NCBI GenBank assembly: GCA_044892525.1
Contig: CM097885.1
Coordinates: 80,538,001 to 80,602,000, forward strand
Direction: 5' to 3'
DNA length: 64,000 bases
Source of the DNA: Schmidtea polychroa
Taxonomy: Eukaryota
The notes beneath the pieces were generated by a model. The model did no database searches, had not been told where the DNA came from, and saw only the letters and a program-made list of their open reading frames with translations. Made by a program: the position numbers and the translations under genes. This document shows positions 25,400 to 38,721 of the stretch, piece after piece (within the stretch, counting starts at the first letter, position 1; the number at the start of each line of letters is the position of its first letter).

Positions 25400-25610
25400 A
25401 AAGTATTCGCACAATTTATATACTGTTGGGTGCACTACATTCATAGTTTGCTGAAATGCGTGGTGCCACGCTTCCGCGGAATTGTTAGTTCGAGGAAGAT
25501 GGCTAATCACTCTATCTCTTATATTCCGAATTTTGATTGCAAACTTTGGTTCTGTTCGTCGGCCTCTTCGTTGTCGCCCGATATATGTATCTTCCCAATA
25601 TTTCATTATT
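25400..25610 (-). pseudogene. MULE transposase C-terminal fragment
   Basis: YWEDTYIG...PKF....LPRTNNSAEAWH..F....HPTVYKL. Confidence 0.8.
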
Positions 25611-26561
25611 GGATTTAACTAAGGATGACAGTTGTCGACCAAATCCTTAAATGCTCTAGGAACGTTGGCTACTGACACGAAACTGAGGGCGAGGATCATC
25701 ATGCTAAAGATAGATGAACAGGATGAATTATTTATTAAGCTAAACACTATTATTAAAATTATTAATTGGTTTTTATTTCTTAAATATTAAATTGTTCAAA
25801 ATTTAGATGTGGTCTCTAAGTTAAGTAGAAGTTGAGTTGACTATTCGTTTAAGTTATTTAATTATTAATTCGTCATTGTTCCAATTTCAAACTGATCCTA
25901 GAAATAATGGTATCCTTTGTTGGGTACATGTAATTATTTGGTTTGCTCTAATTCTATGTTAATCTTAATATTTAATCCCTATAGTACGTCAGATTACATC
26001 ACTAATCTGTATGGTGATTTAATTATGAAATTAATTGGAGTATCTTCAATGTAATTTTGGATTATGGTCCAAATTACTTTAACTAACTAGATCATATTGA
26101 TTAATTCTATTAGTAAAAATCAAGATTCAAGTATGTAAAATCAGTTAAGGAAAAGGCAAAATCTGTTATTGTACTTTATGCATGTGGTGTACTTACGATA
26201 TCCTATTAAACCTGGATTGGTCCCTCGAAACTCGACGTTCTTTATTGTTGTGTCCTAAATGGTTATCGTAAATCAATTTTAGTCATTGTTAGATAGTCTA
26301 CATGTGCCTACATACTGGTAAGTATTGCAACCATTTTACCTCTCACGAAAACAATCTGCTTGTTTAGATAGATTGTAAATATTTCGCTATCATAGAAAAT
26401 GTAGCCTATTAGAGCTATTACCTATCCTCATTCTGACATCGATGAACATACAGTGCCCTAATCATCGATTTCATATTCTATCCTAGCTGGTCTTTCCCGA
26501 GACAATTTTTTCCTACTCTACCTTCATTAACTACCGCTTACTAGAACTCTGATCACACTCT

Positions 26562-27170
26562 TGTCACGTAAGCCCTTGCAGGGTTAATCGCTGGGTATCC
26601 TCCGACCTGACAGTCATCCAATTTTTCTACATTCGCGGTCTTTCCATCTTTACGGTTCGGTCCTCAGAAGAACAGATCCGTCCATATATGTTACACTCGG
26701 ATTCCGAACCTTAATAGGCTTCGAATCATTCTGCATCCTCCAAATGAAGACCCAACTTGCGAGATTTATGGTGTATCAAGGGCCGCCCTACAATACACCA
26801 CTAAACTCGCACAAATCGCTCGCCCCACTCAGCTAATTTCCGAACCCGACCGAGGAGCTACGCTAGGCATTTCCGCGGGTTCTTCCATTAGCCAGTTCTC
26901 TACTTCTTATATAATTAGGACTTCCTCAAAATAAAACAAAAGAATTCATTTTAATATCTGAAAAGCATTTTATACATTATAAAAGAAACATCATTAAAAA
27001 ATAAAAATTTATTTCAATTAAACTAGAGCTGAAACAAAAATTGCATTTAAAATTATAACTTAAACATTCATAATACAATAAAAATAAAAATACCCTTTCA
27101 CAAAATTAATTAACCAAGTTGCATAAAAGTGATGAGATAATTGAAGTTAAGCTTAGGTTTAGTTTTAGTG
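26562..27170. mobile_element. LTR-like fragment
   Basis: Starts TGTCACG and has a GC-richer body. GGGTTCTTCCATTAGCCA resembles the repeats in the 58629-59687 LTR. Runs into a gap. Confidence 0.35.
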
Positions 27171-27999
27171 TTATNNNNNNNNNNNNNNNNNNNNNNNNNN
27201 NNNNNNNNNNNNNNNNNNNNNNNNNNNNNNNNNNNNNNNNNNNNNNNNNNNNNNNNNNNNNNNNNNNNNNNNNNNNNNNNNNNNNNNNNNNNNNNNNNNN
27301 NNNNNNNNNNNNNNNNNNNNNNNNNNNNNNNNNNNNNNNNNNNNNNNNNNNNNNNNNNNNNNNNNNNNNNNNNNNNNNNNNNNNNNNNNNNNNNNNNNNN
27401 NNNNNNNNNNNNNNNACTGGTTCTTATACAGATAGGAACAAATATAAGTCTTTGTTTTTTAAAATAACAAAATTTACCAATGATAATCAAATTTGACAAA
27501 TTGGTTCTTTTGCACTCTTTGACTAATTATCGATATTTTAAACAAAATGCGTGGCAAATATGTAACAGTATGTCATATAGTTCGTGCTGTGTTATATAAT
27601 TGCGATTGATTAAAGTTTATGTGTAACGTTTCTGTTTGTTCCAGGTTTTTGTTTCTTCTCAAGATTTACTTTTGAAGATGCTTTTTGGAATAATTTTGGG
27701 GTGAGTTAACTGATTTTTGCGCGCTTATTTATATTTGGTGTTTTATGGAAATAATTTAATTAATTTTTTTCACATTATTATTTTATTATTTTTTTTATAT
27801 GTATTATTATTATCTAAATCTCATTCTTATACAGATGCTATAAATAATATGTCATTTATCCATTATTTTATATACCCGTTTTTCTTGTATATTCCCACCT
27901 TAGAATAATCAATTAAAATTAATATTGTTATTATTTTCATTAGTTTTATATATTTATTTATATGAATCCTTAAAATACAAATTCCTTTTCGTTTTCTCT

Positions 28000-28920
28000 T
28001 CTTAACAATCGAACAAGAAATGATTTTCAACTTATTAATACTTTTCAGAAAATTATAGATATGATTTCATCTTCAGAGTTTCTTCTTTCATTACCGATAA
28101 AACTTTCAGTTGATGTATCAAATACTTTTGGTTTCGAGAATATCAAGCTCATTATCGAAGACCTATTTCCAGCAATTGACCATTATGGCGTATACCAAGT
28201 ATCAAATCTCGATTGCCCGGACTACATCACGATGGCCGGTAACTATTTATAGATTATGTATAGTTCTTTTATATATAAAAATTAAAATAAATAATTTAAA
28301 ACATGCCCAATTATCAGCAACATGTTTATATCATAGCACTATTTCAAACTGATCGAACGACAAGTCGATTTTGAACCAATTATGGTTTTAGACCTATCAA
28401 ACAATGACGTTGTAAAGAAGTGTCAATAGGAATAATAAATCTTTCATTTGTCGATTTCGATTTTTTTATTATATTTTTGATCACATTGATTTAAGAAACT
28501 CTAGAAATACAATCTTAAATAAAAATTTATCATTTTATATAGATATCATTGAGGCTTTTGATCATTTAAGAGTGCTTGACATAATTGATTTATTAGACAA
28601 CAAAATTGCCATTAACTTTGCTGATTTCGAGTTATTGAAAGATTTCAAAAAAATCTCTTCACTGCCAATGAAATGTAAAATTTGAAATGGCGTCGGAATC
28701 ACTCGAATCATTTAATGTAGCGTTTTTGAAAATGGTTTTACAAGAAGTTTCAGAATTGTTGGATAAAACTGCTATTATTGTGAATTAATACGACCAAATG
28801 CAATTGTCTATTGCAAATGGTTCATTTATGCAAAAAATTTCAAAATTAAAGCGAATTATCAAAATGAATTACAAAATTTTTATTTAAGTGAAATTAACTC
28901 TCAAGTTTTATCTGGTCATA
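28000..28920 (+). pseudogene. decayed possible leucine-rich-repeat gene
   Basis: Segments IMVLDLSNNDV and LRVLDIIDLLDNKI (LxxLDLxxN-like), with stops and putative short introns. Confidence 0.3.
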
Positions 28921-28929
28921 GAATATATG

Positions 28930-29160
28930 TGTTGGGTTAAAGGTAATCAAATATTTTACCTCGTCGTGCTGTTTCCAGCGTAACCCAAAATACAATTGAA
29001 ATGTAACCACTTGATACCCGTTGAAGGATCAACGTTGATAATGTATCAAGGGTTGGAGTACTAGCAAAAAAGTGAGCATACTCTGTATACTATAATTGTC
29101 TAGTACTCCCTTGGGTCCACGGACTGCCGATAGAAGGCCTGTGTCCTATTTCCCTGACCC
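28930..29160 (-). mobile_element. short LTR-like end downstream of copy C with structured motif
   Basis: Preceded on the minus strand by purine tract AAAAAGAGAAGGG and ends TAACCCAACA. A perfect 10-bp stem GGAGTACTAG/CTAGTACTCC lies at 29055-29109. Confidence 0.55.
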
Positions 29161-29418
29161 TTCTCTTTTTGATTGTGCTCCCTGATCTCATTTCCTCATC
29201 ATACCCTAATTCGAGGTTACTCTCGCAAACTAAATTCACCATTACACGCCGCATAAGAACAATTTAACAATGAAATCATCTAATTTAACCATGATTGTGC
29301 CCGTCACATAAAAAACAACGCAACATTGTAATCATCTAAACCAACAAAAAATGGATATTGTCACATCAAGCGTTCGGTTGTTAGTCGTTCAAAGGGGCTT
29401 GGCACTGCTTGTCTTGCC

Positions 29419-29690
29419 TTAGTCTTGCCCAAGCTGCATTGCCGGTGTGGTTATGATTTCTGCCATCGGTTGTATCTGGGCGATCACGTCTTGGTTCATC
29501 GCTTGTTGGTGCACCTGCGTTTCTAAATTTCTTATTTGTAGACGGAGAGCTCGGATCTCAGTTTGATCTTGGACGCTCTGAAGCTGTAGTTGTTGGATCA
29601 GCTTCAGGCGCTTTTGCATTTCGGTGGGACTAAACCAGGTCCCTTCTAATTCCCGGCACCGTCCCTTGAACTCTGCTGGTCTCGTTCCAT
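29419..29690 (-). pseudogene. 'TWFS' family copy C
   Basis: An in-frame extension upstream of the annotated Met gives EFKGRCRELEGTWFSPTEMQKRLKLIQQLQLQSVQDQTEIRALRLQ. Confidence 0.62.
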
Positions 29691-29729
29691 CATTCCAGTT
29701 TCCATCACCAATATAAAAAATTAGCGAGT

Positions 29730-30290
29730 GTGAAAGCGCAGTTAAAGACCGATCAAAATAGTGAAGAATCTTTGTGTGAATCGAAGGACAGAAATAATAG
29801 CAATAATGGCAATAATAATAATGACAGAAACGAGCAAAAGTATTTTAGAAAAGAAATAACGAAAATTGATGTAAAACCAAAGTCACATTATTTACTAGAA
29901 TCGATTCCAACACTTAGAGAAATTGACACTTTCAAAAATGGTATACACAAAATGCATTTGCAGTAGAACATATTAAACTCGAAGCAGAAAAGATGGAACC
30001 ACGAATGCTGAAATTGAACAGAAAAACATGCTCGAATTACCATATAATTATGCGTTAATGACAACATGAAACAGCCAAGCAACCTCAAATAAGTATACTA
30101 TTTAAAGAGGGAAAGGTCGAAGCCTTCATAGATTCAGGTTCCAGTCATACCATTGTGTCAGATAAATTGTTGAAAAGGGAAGAGAGAGCAAAGATGATAC
30201 CAACAAATAAAATTAACAAATCTCTTAATTCGACAAAATTCAAAATTCCATTTAAAAAAATATCGTTCTACTTTTGATAAATGTTCCTGA
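29730..30290 (+). pseudogene. Ty3/gypsy-like gag tail and retropepsin remnant
   Basis: Asn-rich tract, then ILFKEGKVEAFIDSGSSHTIVS (catalytic DSG at 30131-30139). Confidence 0.72.
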
Positions 30291-30949
30291 ATCAAAGAAA
30301 TTAAATTGAATAAAAGTAAAAAATGAATTCCAACCTGGGAGCTAGCGGTATATATGAATCCACCCTATAAAATTCCTCAACTGTTATCTTTTCCGAATTG
30401 TCGGATTCCAAATTATTAAAATCAATTAAAATTTTGAGTAAAGTTGGAAAGTATAATTCTGTTATCATTGACCATAATCGGTTTGGATTTTATTTTGTTG
30501 GAATTATATTGTTAAAAGTAAATTTTTTGGAAAAAATAATTGGTTTTTTAATCAATTATATCACTGGAAATGAACTATATATTATCTATATTATGAAAGC
30601 TAAATCGGTTATTTAAATATAAATTAAATTATTAATTAAAAAAAAAGATTCCTTTATAAAATAGATTTTTACTAGATTTAAACAATAGACTTGTAATTTA
30701 ATTGTTATAATTAGAAATTTTAACATTCGAAACTCAGAAATTGGTTAATTGCATTTTTAAAGCATAATAGATGTCACTAGAATGAAAATAAAATTAAATT
30801 AAAAAAAACCACGAGCTATAATAATTCATTAAATCAATAAATCATTCAATTTTTAGAATTTTTCTTTTTATTCTGTTTCTTCATTTGCTAAATGCAAATA
30901 TTGCTATAGTAATAGTAAAGTAAACCTAAATTTCAAATATTTTTTTCAA

Positions 30950-31260
30950 TTATAATTGCAATTTATCACCTGACTTTCCATCAATCGAAGAAACTGAACT
31001 TTATTATTCATCAAGCGAAGAAGATACTGGTTATAATGGGTTCAATTGGCAAAATATTATAGTGAAGCCAAGAATGTTGGATTATAATGAAGAATCTGGG
31101 TCAAGAAACATCGACAATGATTAATGCGAGATGTATTGTCTGCTAATCATATAACATAAGAAAAGGCACTAGATGTATGTATCAGTAGTGTGATGCTGCT
31201 CTCTATCAATTAGTGTTTCGAAAATTATACAAAGATGAATTATTGGACATAAAATTTAAT
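30950..31260 (+). pseudogene. internally deleted piggyBac transposase (acidic N-terminus fused to Cys-rich C-terminus)
   Basis: DFPSIEETELYYSSSEED followed by RCIVC..IRKGTRC....CDAAL....FR. Confidence 0.55.
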
Positions 31261-31374
31261 AAATTTTTGAAAAAAACGCGGTTGTCAGAGTTAAAACTTA
31301 CTAAAGATCAAAAATCAATATTGGATGGGGGTTTTTTGGTATGGTTGATCACCAATTTCTTCTAAAATTAACGT

Positions 31375-33179
31375 GACAAGTCGCTGACTGCAGTTATTTC
31401 AAGAATGACCGCCCTTGACGGAATGCCCTTTAGCGTATTTGTCGCATCTGTTGAACTGAGAATATCGCTAGAATTTCGTGGGTTTATTGTTCCGACATCA
31501 GCGACGACTATTCGAAATATGGTAGTCAAATACGCAAACACAATCAGAAAGACAGTCATATCTAAATTCACTCGTCTCTGATCGCAAAGGATGCGATTCA
31601 GTCTGACATTTGATGAGTGGGCATCAATAAAAAATAGCAGATATTTAAATGTAAACGTTCACCTCAAGGACGAATTTTAGAGCCTTGGATTAGCTAGAGT
31701 TGTTGGTTCACTGCCTGCTGAAAAAAGGTATTGAACTAGTTCAAAAAGTGTTGACGCTGTTAATTACGATGAAGACATTGTGTGCATTACTACTGATTGG
31801 GACGTTTGAGCAATTGTGATCAACAATTTTGCATTGTGCATGGTATTCAACTGGGTTTTCAAGACGTTTTGTACAAATACCGTCAACTTATGCCGAAACA
31901 ATCTTGAAAGAAATCTCCAAAGACGAGTATAGCAGTGAAAGTGACGATGACAATGACCAAGATACGACCGCTGATGCAAACATAACCAATGATGATGAAG
32001 AAGACTTTTCCGACGGTTTTCAAGTTGTGATACGTGAGAAGGACGACACTATTGAATGACTGATGATTTGCAGCCGTTAATCGCTAAGGTGATTACCGTT
32101 GTGAAATTGTTTTGCCGTAGTCCTACAAAAAATGATCAAACGCTTGAAAATATACAGTAGACGAATTTGGTAAAGTTCTTTCACTAATATGCGACTCCAA
32201 AAGTCGTTGGAATAGCTTGCTCACAATTCTCGAATGTTTCATAATATTGAATAAACTGCATTCGCAAGTCACTGATAGACCTAGAATCCAAAATAGAGAT
32301 AACTGTTAAGGAATTCGACACAATTATAGCTGTTATGGCATGTCTGGCGCCAGTGAAATTAGCCGTGGAAGCATTTTGCCGACATGATGCAACACTGTTG
32401 TCAACCGATATTGTTCATGCTAAATAACCTTGGAGACAGGGATTTAGCTGTCAAATTGAAAGCTGCGTTGGTGCGACGAATAAATGAGCGACGGACTCTA
32501 TTTTCTAGCTTGCTGCACTATTTGCACAATGGCCATCAACGATACGAAAATTTGAATCCAGCGCTGTCGTTTGAGCACCTTTAGCAAATCAGTCATTGTG
32601 AATGCTGTTGTTCGTCTGAATGAGCGGCTCAATCAACGAAAAGATGAACATCATCCTTCCACCAGCTTCTCATCGGACAAAGATTCTGTTGACAGCATTG
32701 CAAACTTGTCATTGAAAGAAGAGCTTGAGATGGCAATTTCGAATGATAAGAACTTTAAAAACAAGAGAAGATTGAACGTTTCGAAAGATTTATCAAAAAC
32801 AATCTGCAAGGAGATTGCAATTTTCGAAGAAGGAACTCGTGGAAAATATTTGCAAAGCTCTTTACGAATACTTGAGAACTTTAAAACCAACATTTGTTGA
32901 ATCGGAGCGTGGATTTTTGTCAATTGGCTGACACTGAATGCCTTTTGTTTCTTACGGGTATATTTTACAAAGGAAAAAAAAGGACAAATTGAAAAAAGTC
33001 TGTAATTTTGATATCAAATAAAAAAGTTTATTGAAGCAGTGTCAATTTTTAGTTTTCATTGAGATTTTAATTATATTTCAAGAAAATCAATAACGGTATT
33101 ATACCGGTATTACCGATATTGGAATTTGTCAGTACCCAAATACCGGTATTAAAAAATGATACCGGTTTTGGATACAGTG
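31375..33179 (+). pseudogene. hAT (Ac-like) transposase pseudogene with 3' end
   Basis: AVISRMTALDGMPF, FSLTFDEWASIKNSRYLNVNVH, LGLARVVGSLPAE, SRWNSL, PT.VESER. Subterminal ATACCGGT repeats. Same subfamily as 42398-44340. Confidence 0.85.
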
Positions 33180-34126
33180 TTTCGGCTGATCTGATTATTG
33201 CAATCTTCGGCGCGTGCTGTGTGTTGTGTTTATCTTTAAATGTCTGTGCGCGCTGTTCTGTTTTAGAAATTAATTATTTCGATTTACTGAGATACAATTA
33301 TAATATCGAAATGATTACTTTTGTCTTGTCGAGTCAATTGTGCTTTATTTTCCTTGTGTTTTTTTAATTATTTTTGATTTTGGATAATAAGTTGGAATCG
33401 AACTTTTTTTTGTGATTCATTAAAATTTTGTAACTCAAATTGTAGTATAAATTTCGGAATATATTTTTCTGTGGTTCTTGAATTTATTTTTGGAATTTAA
33501 AATGAAGATTTTGGATTTTATTAAAGATGAATCAATTTTGATACCAACACAGCAAAAACTAATGAATACAGAGAAGATTAAATGGGATATGAAAAGTTCT
33601 TTTAGTGATTGTATCATTGACTCGTTAAACGAAAATAATATCCATCGAAATTTACCGAGAAAGTGTGAGAAGCGGTTAGCGACAGGGTTTACTTGGCTAG
33701 AATTCTATTGGAAAGGTTCAATCTAGTGAACACAAATCTAATAATTTAATGAATTTCAACAGAACTAAGATATGTATTTCATATAATATCCTAAAATGTC
33801 TTGGAATTCCAGTTGAAGTTATAATCAACAGGATCAACCAGTCTTAGTGGGCAATTTCAACTATTCTATTCTGTAAGGATAGATGATGAAGATAAAATAA
33901 AAAAACCTAGTAGTGATATATAATTAATTTTATTGAGGATCCTATTTGATAGGATAGCAGCGCAATTCAAAAACGAGGGGGGACAACCGAGCCCAGTGAT
34001 GATGACAAATACCCTATCCATTGCTACTAGTTCTTATCATTCTATTCGTATCGTAATAAGTGTTTTTATTAAAATTGGGTATGAGGGTTATTTCACGGAG
34101 CATAGTGGGAGAGAAAGAAAAGTAAA

Positions 34127-34380
34127 TTAATGATTATTATAGGAATGTAGATATTGAATATACGTTTGGATTTTTGATACGTCGCTTTTGGAATTTCTGA
34201 AGCCAAACATAAGATACTGAGAATATACATCTTGGGGTATTCCAAGTGTCTTAGCTATCTGTGTTGCTTTAGTCTTCAGAATTGACGGTGTAATGATCAA
34301 GCCCGTCTTTCGGCTTGCAGATAACCATTCCTCGAGAACATTTTCCATTTCGGGAAATTTAGGATATGAGGCTTGATATG
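34127..34380 (-). pseudogene. pogo/Tigger CENP-B-type HTH fragment
   Basis: KFPEMENVLEEWLSASRKTGLIITPSILKTKATQIAKTLG. Confidence 0.75.
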
Positions 34381-35378
34381 TACTGGTATTTGCCGAGTTG
34401 GTGAAATTTTCAATACGTCTTTTTCATTATTTTTGATATTTCAAATTGACTTTTCACTAACATTGTAATCTCGGACTATTTTCCTCATCTTTGGAGGAGT
34501 TGAAGATGACAACAAACAAATTATTTCTAATATTTGTGTATCAGAAGGTCTCTTACCAGATCCATTCGTCATTTTGACTTTCAAAAATAATTAAATACCC
34601 TATTAAAATCAAATAATCAATTAATGGATCAATGAATGATCAAAAAGCCACTTTTTTCTAGACAATTGCCGAAGTCCGCAATTCAGTTAATTCCGCATTT
34701 TTTACTTAGATCCAGTATGCGGAATTAACCGAACGCCTACTGTAATACGAATAATGATATTAATTCTTATAGTCATGGCGGTAATAGTGGAAGTAATCAT
34801 AAAATTTAGATTAATAGTGATATCAATGATCATAATGGACCTCAAATTAATATTCAAAATGACGAAACTAATAATAAAGATTGAAAAAAGCAAAACTGAA
34901 TGATAATATTTTTCCTCATAAAATTACAGTTATTTAACAATATACATTAAACCTTTATGAAATCAAAATAAGCCCTTACTGAATCGTGTGAATTACAAAT
35001 TATTCGCTGATTTAGATTATAGGACTGGTTCAAATTTCCAAATATGAGTTTGAACTATTTAGATTTTTTAATAAAAAAGTGGTATGTCCAGATGTCGGCC
35101 TTTTATATATGTTTTGGTTTGTTCACTCGACCAATCAGTTGTGATCACGCCTTATGCGCTTTGATTATTTAATTTTATTATTTTGGTTTAAATTCCAATT
35201 GATTTGATTGGTCTATTTTATTTTTTGTTTTAATTATTCGTATTTTTACTTTGCTTTTCTTATATTTTCTCTTTTCCTGGTGCTATCGCCTTTTGTTTCA
35301 GTTTCACCTCTTGGGTCATCTAATTCTCTTTGTTAGTTTGTGTCTTTTTTCGGCGAGTTTCATGACTTTCTGTGTTAA

Positions 35379-37755
35379 TACGTTCGTTACATTTGTTTTT
35401 TAACATTTTTGCCATTTGGACATCGTGTACCACAGGTGGTACACTAGCGATTTGTTTTCTGATCGTGTGCGCCACCTGTGGTACACTATGTGTATGTTTA
35501 TAGTACTTTATGAAAATGCTAACATATTATATTAAAACTATGTTTTTAAACTTACGACTGTCATGAATATTCAAAAATTGATTATATTATGCATGTACCA
35601 GTGGTGGTACACAAAAATTTTATAGTAAACTCTATTTAAATAGTACTTAAAATTTCAAAAAACATTTTGTTGAAAGAAATTAAAAAATTCATATTTTATT
35701 CAGAAATAAAAAGAAATTCACTATAATGAAATATAACATTACGTATAACATATAATAAAATTAATATAAATAGTATTTAACGATATTTTGCATTGAAACA
35801 TTCCAAACACATTTTAGGTTTATCAATGCAATTATTGCAAAAAGTTTGTACTTTTTTGGCGTCACTGCGAACTACTTTAGCCCCTTTTAATTTCTGTATA
35901 TTTCTAGTGGTTGCTGCCTGACCATCGCGTTTAATTGATTAGTTGGATTTTTTAGGTTGACTGAAGGAGTGCTGGTACTAGGTTGGGTATTATCATTATT
36001 ATTATCATTATCCCTTAGTAGACCTTCTATTACTTTTTCTTTGAAATTAAGCATGGTAATGGTTTCATTTGGTGTTAGATAGTGGTTAGATATAACCCAT
36101 GCATTAACAATGCTTGTCCAAAGTATGAGCTCAAAATAAATATTTTATACCATCTAATGGATTTTCGTAATGGTGTATCATAAGACGACATTTGGTCAGA
36201 ATAATGACACCTTTTTTTATTTGGTTACACTGCAACGGGTTTAGTAACATTTTCTCCAAATTTAGTTTTTCCTGTTTCAGCTAGCTTGACGGTATACTCT
36301 GGATTACTGGACAGCATGACAACTTCTCTTTTGTCTGTCCATTTGAAGATGCGTATTCCATTTTTGTTTTTTTCCAAATATTTCACCCTTTTTTACTTTT
36401 TTCTTACATACTTCTTTGCAGTTGCTTCGTCTGTTTTTTCGCAAAGTTCTACAAACATAGGTCTTTTGTTGCAGCAATTCTTCAGGAAGCGGTACACTTG
36501 TATAAAAATTATCAACAAATAATGTTCTGTCTATCTATAAGTCCATCAAGTAAACCCATTGTTATGTCTTACGAATGGCCAAAACTGGATTTGGTACTTC
36601 CTGCGCTACTATATACCTTAATAGCGTATGTTTATCCATGGGAAGTGCATAGTTTATACAATTTTAAATACTTATGTGCTTTGCCTGGTAGATAATGCCT
36701 AAAATTTAGAAGGCCTCTCCATGGTGTCATTGTTTCATCTATAACAACATCCTCGCCACGGGTAACAGCTGATTTGGATGATTGTGATAGTTTTGCTAGT
36801 AATGGGTTTATTTTCACTAATTTTGTTTCTCCAACCAGGTTTTCATTATCACTAAAATGTGAACATTTTAAGAGCACTTCAAATCTATTACGTGACATAT
36901 TTTTGACAATAACAGGATTTCTGTATTAAGGATTTTTTGACCAATATAATCGCATTGTAGGAACAGTAGATGTACCCATAATCAAAATAATTGCCAAATA
37001 TTTTTGATTTCCGTTTCATTCGTATTCTACCAATTTGCTATTATTGAACGATGCCTAATAATATGTGTGGCAATGAATTGTAATGCATACCTATTTGTTT
37101 CTGTGACAATAAGATCTAAAATTTTATCAGTGATGAACAATTGTATAAACTAAACGGATCAGTATAATCAAGAATATAATTTAGACCGCTGTCATCATGA
37201 AAAAAGAATTGTTTGTCTCTAATTGTACATTCTCCCCATGTGTCAGTGCGTGATGTTACGTCTAAATCCTTCATTGAGCCAGTTTCGCTGATTATATCAT
37301 CTATTTCATTATTTGATTCGCTATCATTGTCAGATTCTGATGGTTCATATGACTCTTCAGATCCAGAAAAGTCAACATCTTCCATATCAGAAGAATCTCC
37401 TTTCGGGACAGCTAAAATCTCTTGCGGTTTCATTCTATATGCATAAATGTTAAATAAAATTTTATTTAAAATTTTTTAAATATGTGTGCCATATATGGTA
37501 CATGACGATTAAAATGCCGTATGTGTATTATATGGACGTAGTGTACCACAGATGGTCCATGACGTAAAAGTAACAAGAACTACTTATTGGACCCTGTTGT
37601 TTTTATTAAGCTTACCTTTGCCTACTCACAGACGAAATACTTTATAAATTTAAAAATAAAAATTTACACCCACAAATAATTTCCGTAATATTCACTCACG
37701 GCGTTTCAAAATACTGTGGAGTGTACCACTGGTGGTACACGATGTCACAAACGTG
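35379..37755 (-). mobile_element. decayed piggyBac (PGBD4-like) element
   Basis: TTAA-flanked ends (CACGTT-type) with GTGTACCAC..GGTACAC subterminal palindromes. Acidic N-terminus, MSRNRFEVLLKCSHF, VVIDETM.PWRG..FRHYLPGKAHKY.KLYKLC, DNFYTS and C-terminal CNNC..MCLECF. Confidence 0.88.
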
Positions 37756-38185
37756 TTAAATGTGTTTCATGTGCAACTTCTTATGCATTTTAGTTTATTA
37801 ATTTTGTGTTTACTTTTTATTTATTTGTGTTTTGGTGTTTTTTCCGTGCTTTTAAATGGCTGTAATGCGATTTCTATGTTGTATGGCTTCGTCTCTACTT
37901 ACTACTTATTATCTCTTTAAATTTACTTTACTACTTTTAGTTATTTTATTCGGGTTTTTGCTACTGGATTCTTTTCCATATTCGCACGATAATGGATGGA
38001 TGAATTTACAATCTCCATTAGAGAATGACACGGAAAAAGTTCAGGAGATTGTTTGTCAGATTGGATTAGGGAATCCATTTTTTAACGAAAACCGAATTCC
38101 GGAATTTTCGGATTTACGTAAGATGAAATTCGGAATTCCGGAATTATTCTGGAATTGAAAAATAAAAAATCAAGAGCAAAAAAAA

Positions 38186-38519
38186 TGTTAACCAGTGCTG
38201 GGGTACCACTCGGTTGACTAAGCTAATTCAAGGCTCTACCATAAGGGATGATTGTCCGACTACATCTACTAACTCTCAACTCGTCAACTCAGAGTAGGAC
38301 CTCACACGATCTGCATTCCAACATAGTGCCCGTGAATTGCTTCACGTTGGTACTGCACTATGCAGGCGAGACGCCAGTAAGCAGGTGAGCTTCTGCCTTT
38401 AAACTACTCCTTACTGAGGCCTCGACTTCCCACACCTGACTGCCGATAGAAGGACTTACGTCTAGCAACGCGATCCGATCTCTCGCTGGGTCTCACATCA
38501 AAGGCAAACTTGACTGATA
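38186..38519 (-). mobile_element. LTR-like end downstream of copy D with complete structured motif
   Basis: Minus strand reads GGGGGG tract (38520-38525), then TATCAG...GGTTAACA. Motif at 38322-38462. Confidence 0.55.
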
Positions 38520-38721
38520 CCCCCCAAAATGAGTACTTCTATACATTTAAATATCGATACTAATTCATCACAAAAGACATATAAGAATACCAAAGAGAAA
38601 TAAAAATTTATTGTCCTAATAACCACACAGAATACGACATAGTATTTACATAGGAAAAGAAGAGACAATGCAGGATGACGGGAGTTCATAACATTTTTCG
38701 AGAACGTTTCACCGTGGGGCC

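Noticed and set aside
17026-27499. ORFs containing X runs (17026-17359, 27110-27499; also 61255-61563)
   Set aside because: Artefacts of N gaps and microsatellites.
34702-34893. Hydrophobic 63-aa ORF and similar Ile/Phe/Leu-rich short ORFs
   Set aside because: Expected by chance in very AT-rich DNA; no motifs.
38350-38460. The motif as an ordinary ~105-nt intron (GTAAG...CTCAC...CAG)
   Set aside because: Signals are present in three copies, but they do not explain the paired stems extending beyond the AG, and local host introns are 39 nt. Kept only as an untested alternative.
38430-38462. Hairpin-ribozyme reading of CGGC-A*GTC...GGAA-GTCG
   Set aside because: It fits only the 38xxx copy. 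The other four copies lack the pairing and no loop-B sequences are present.
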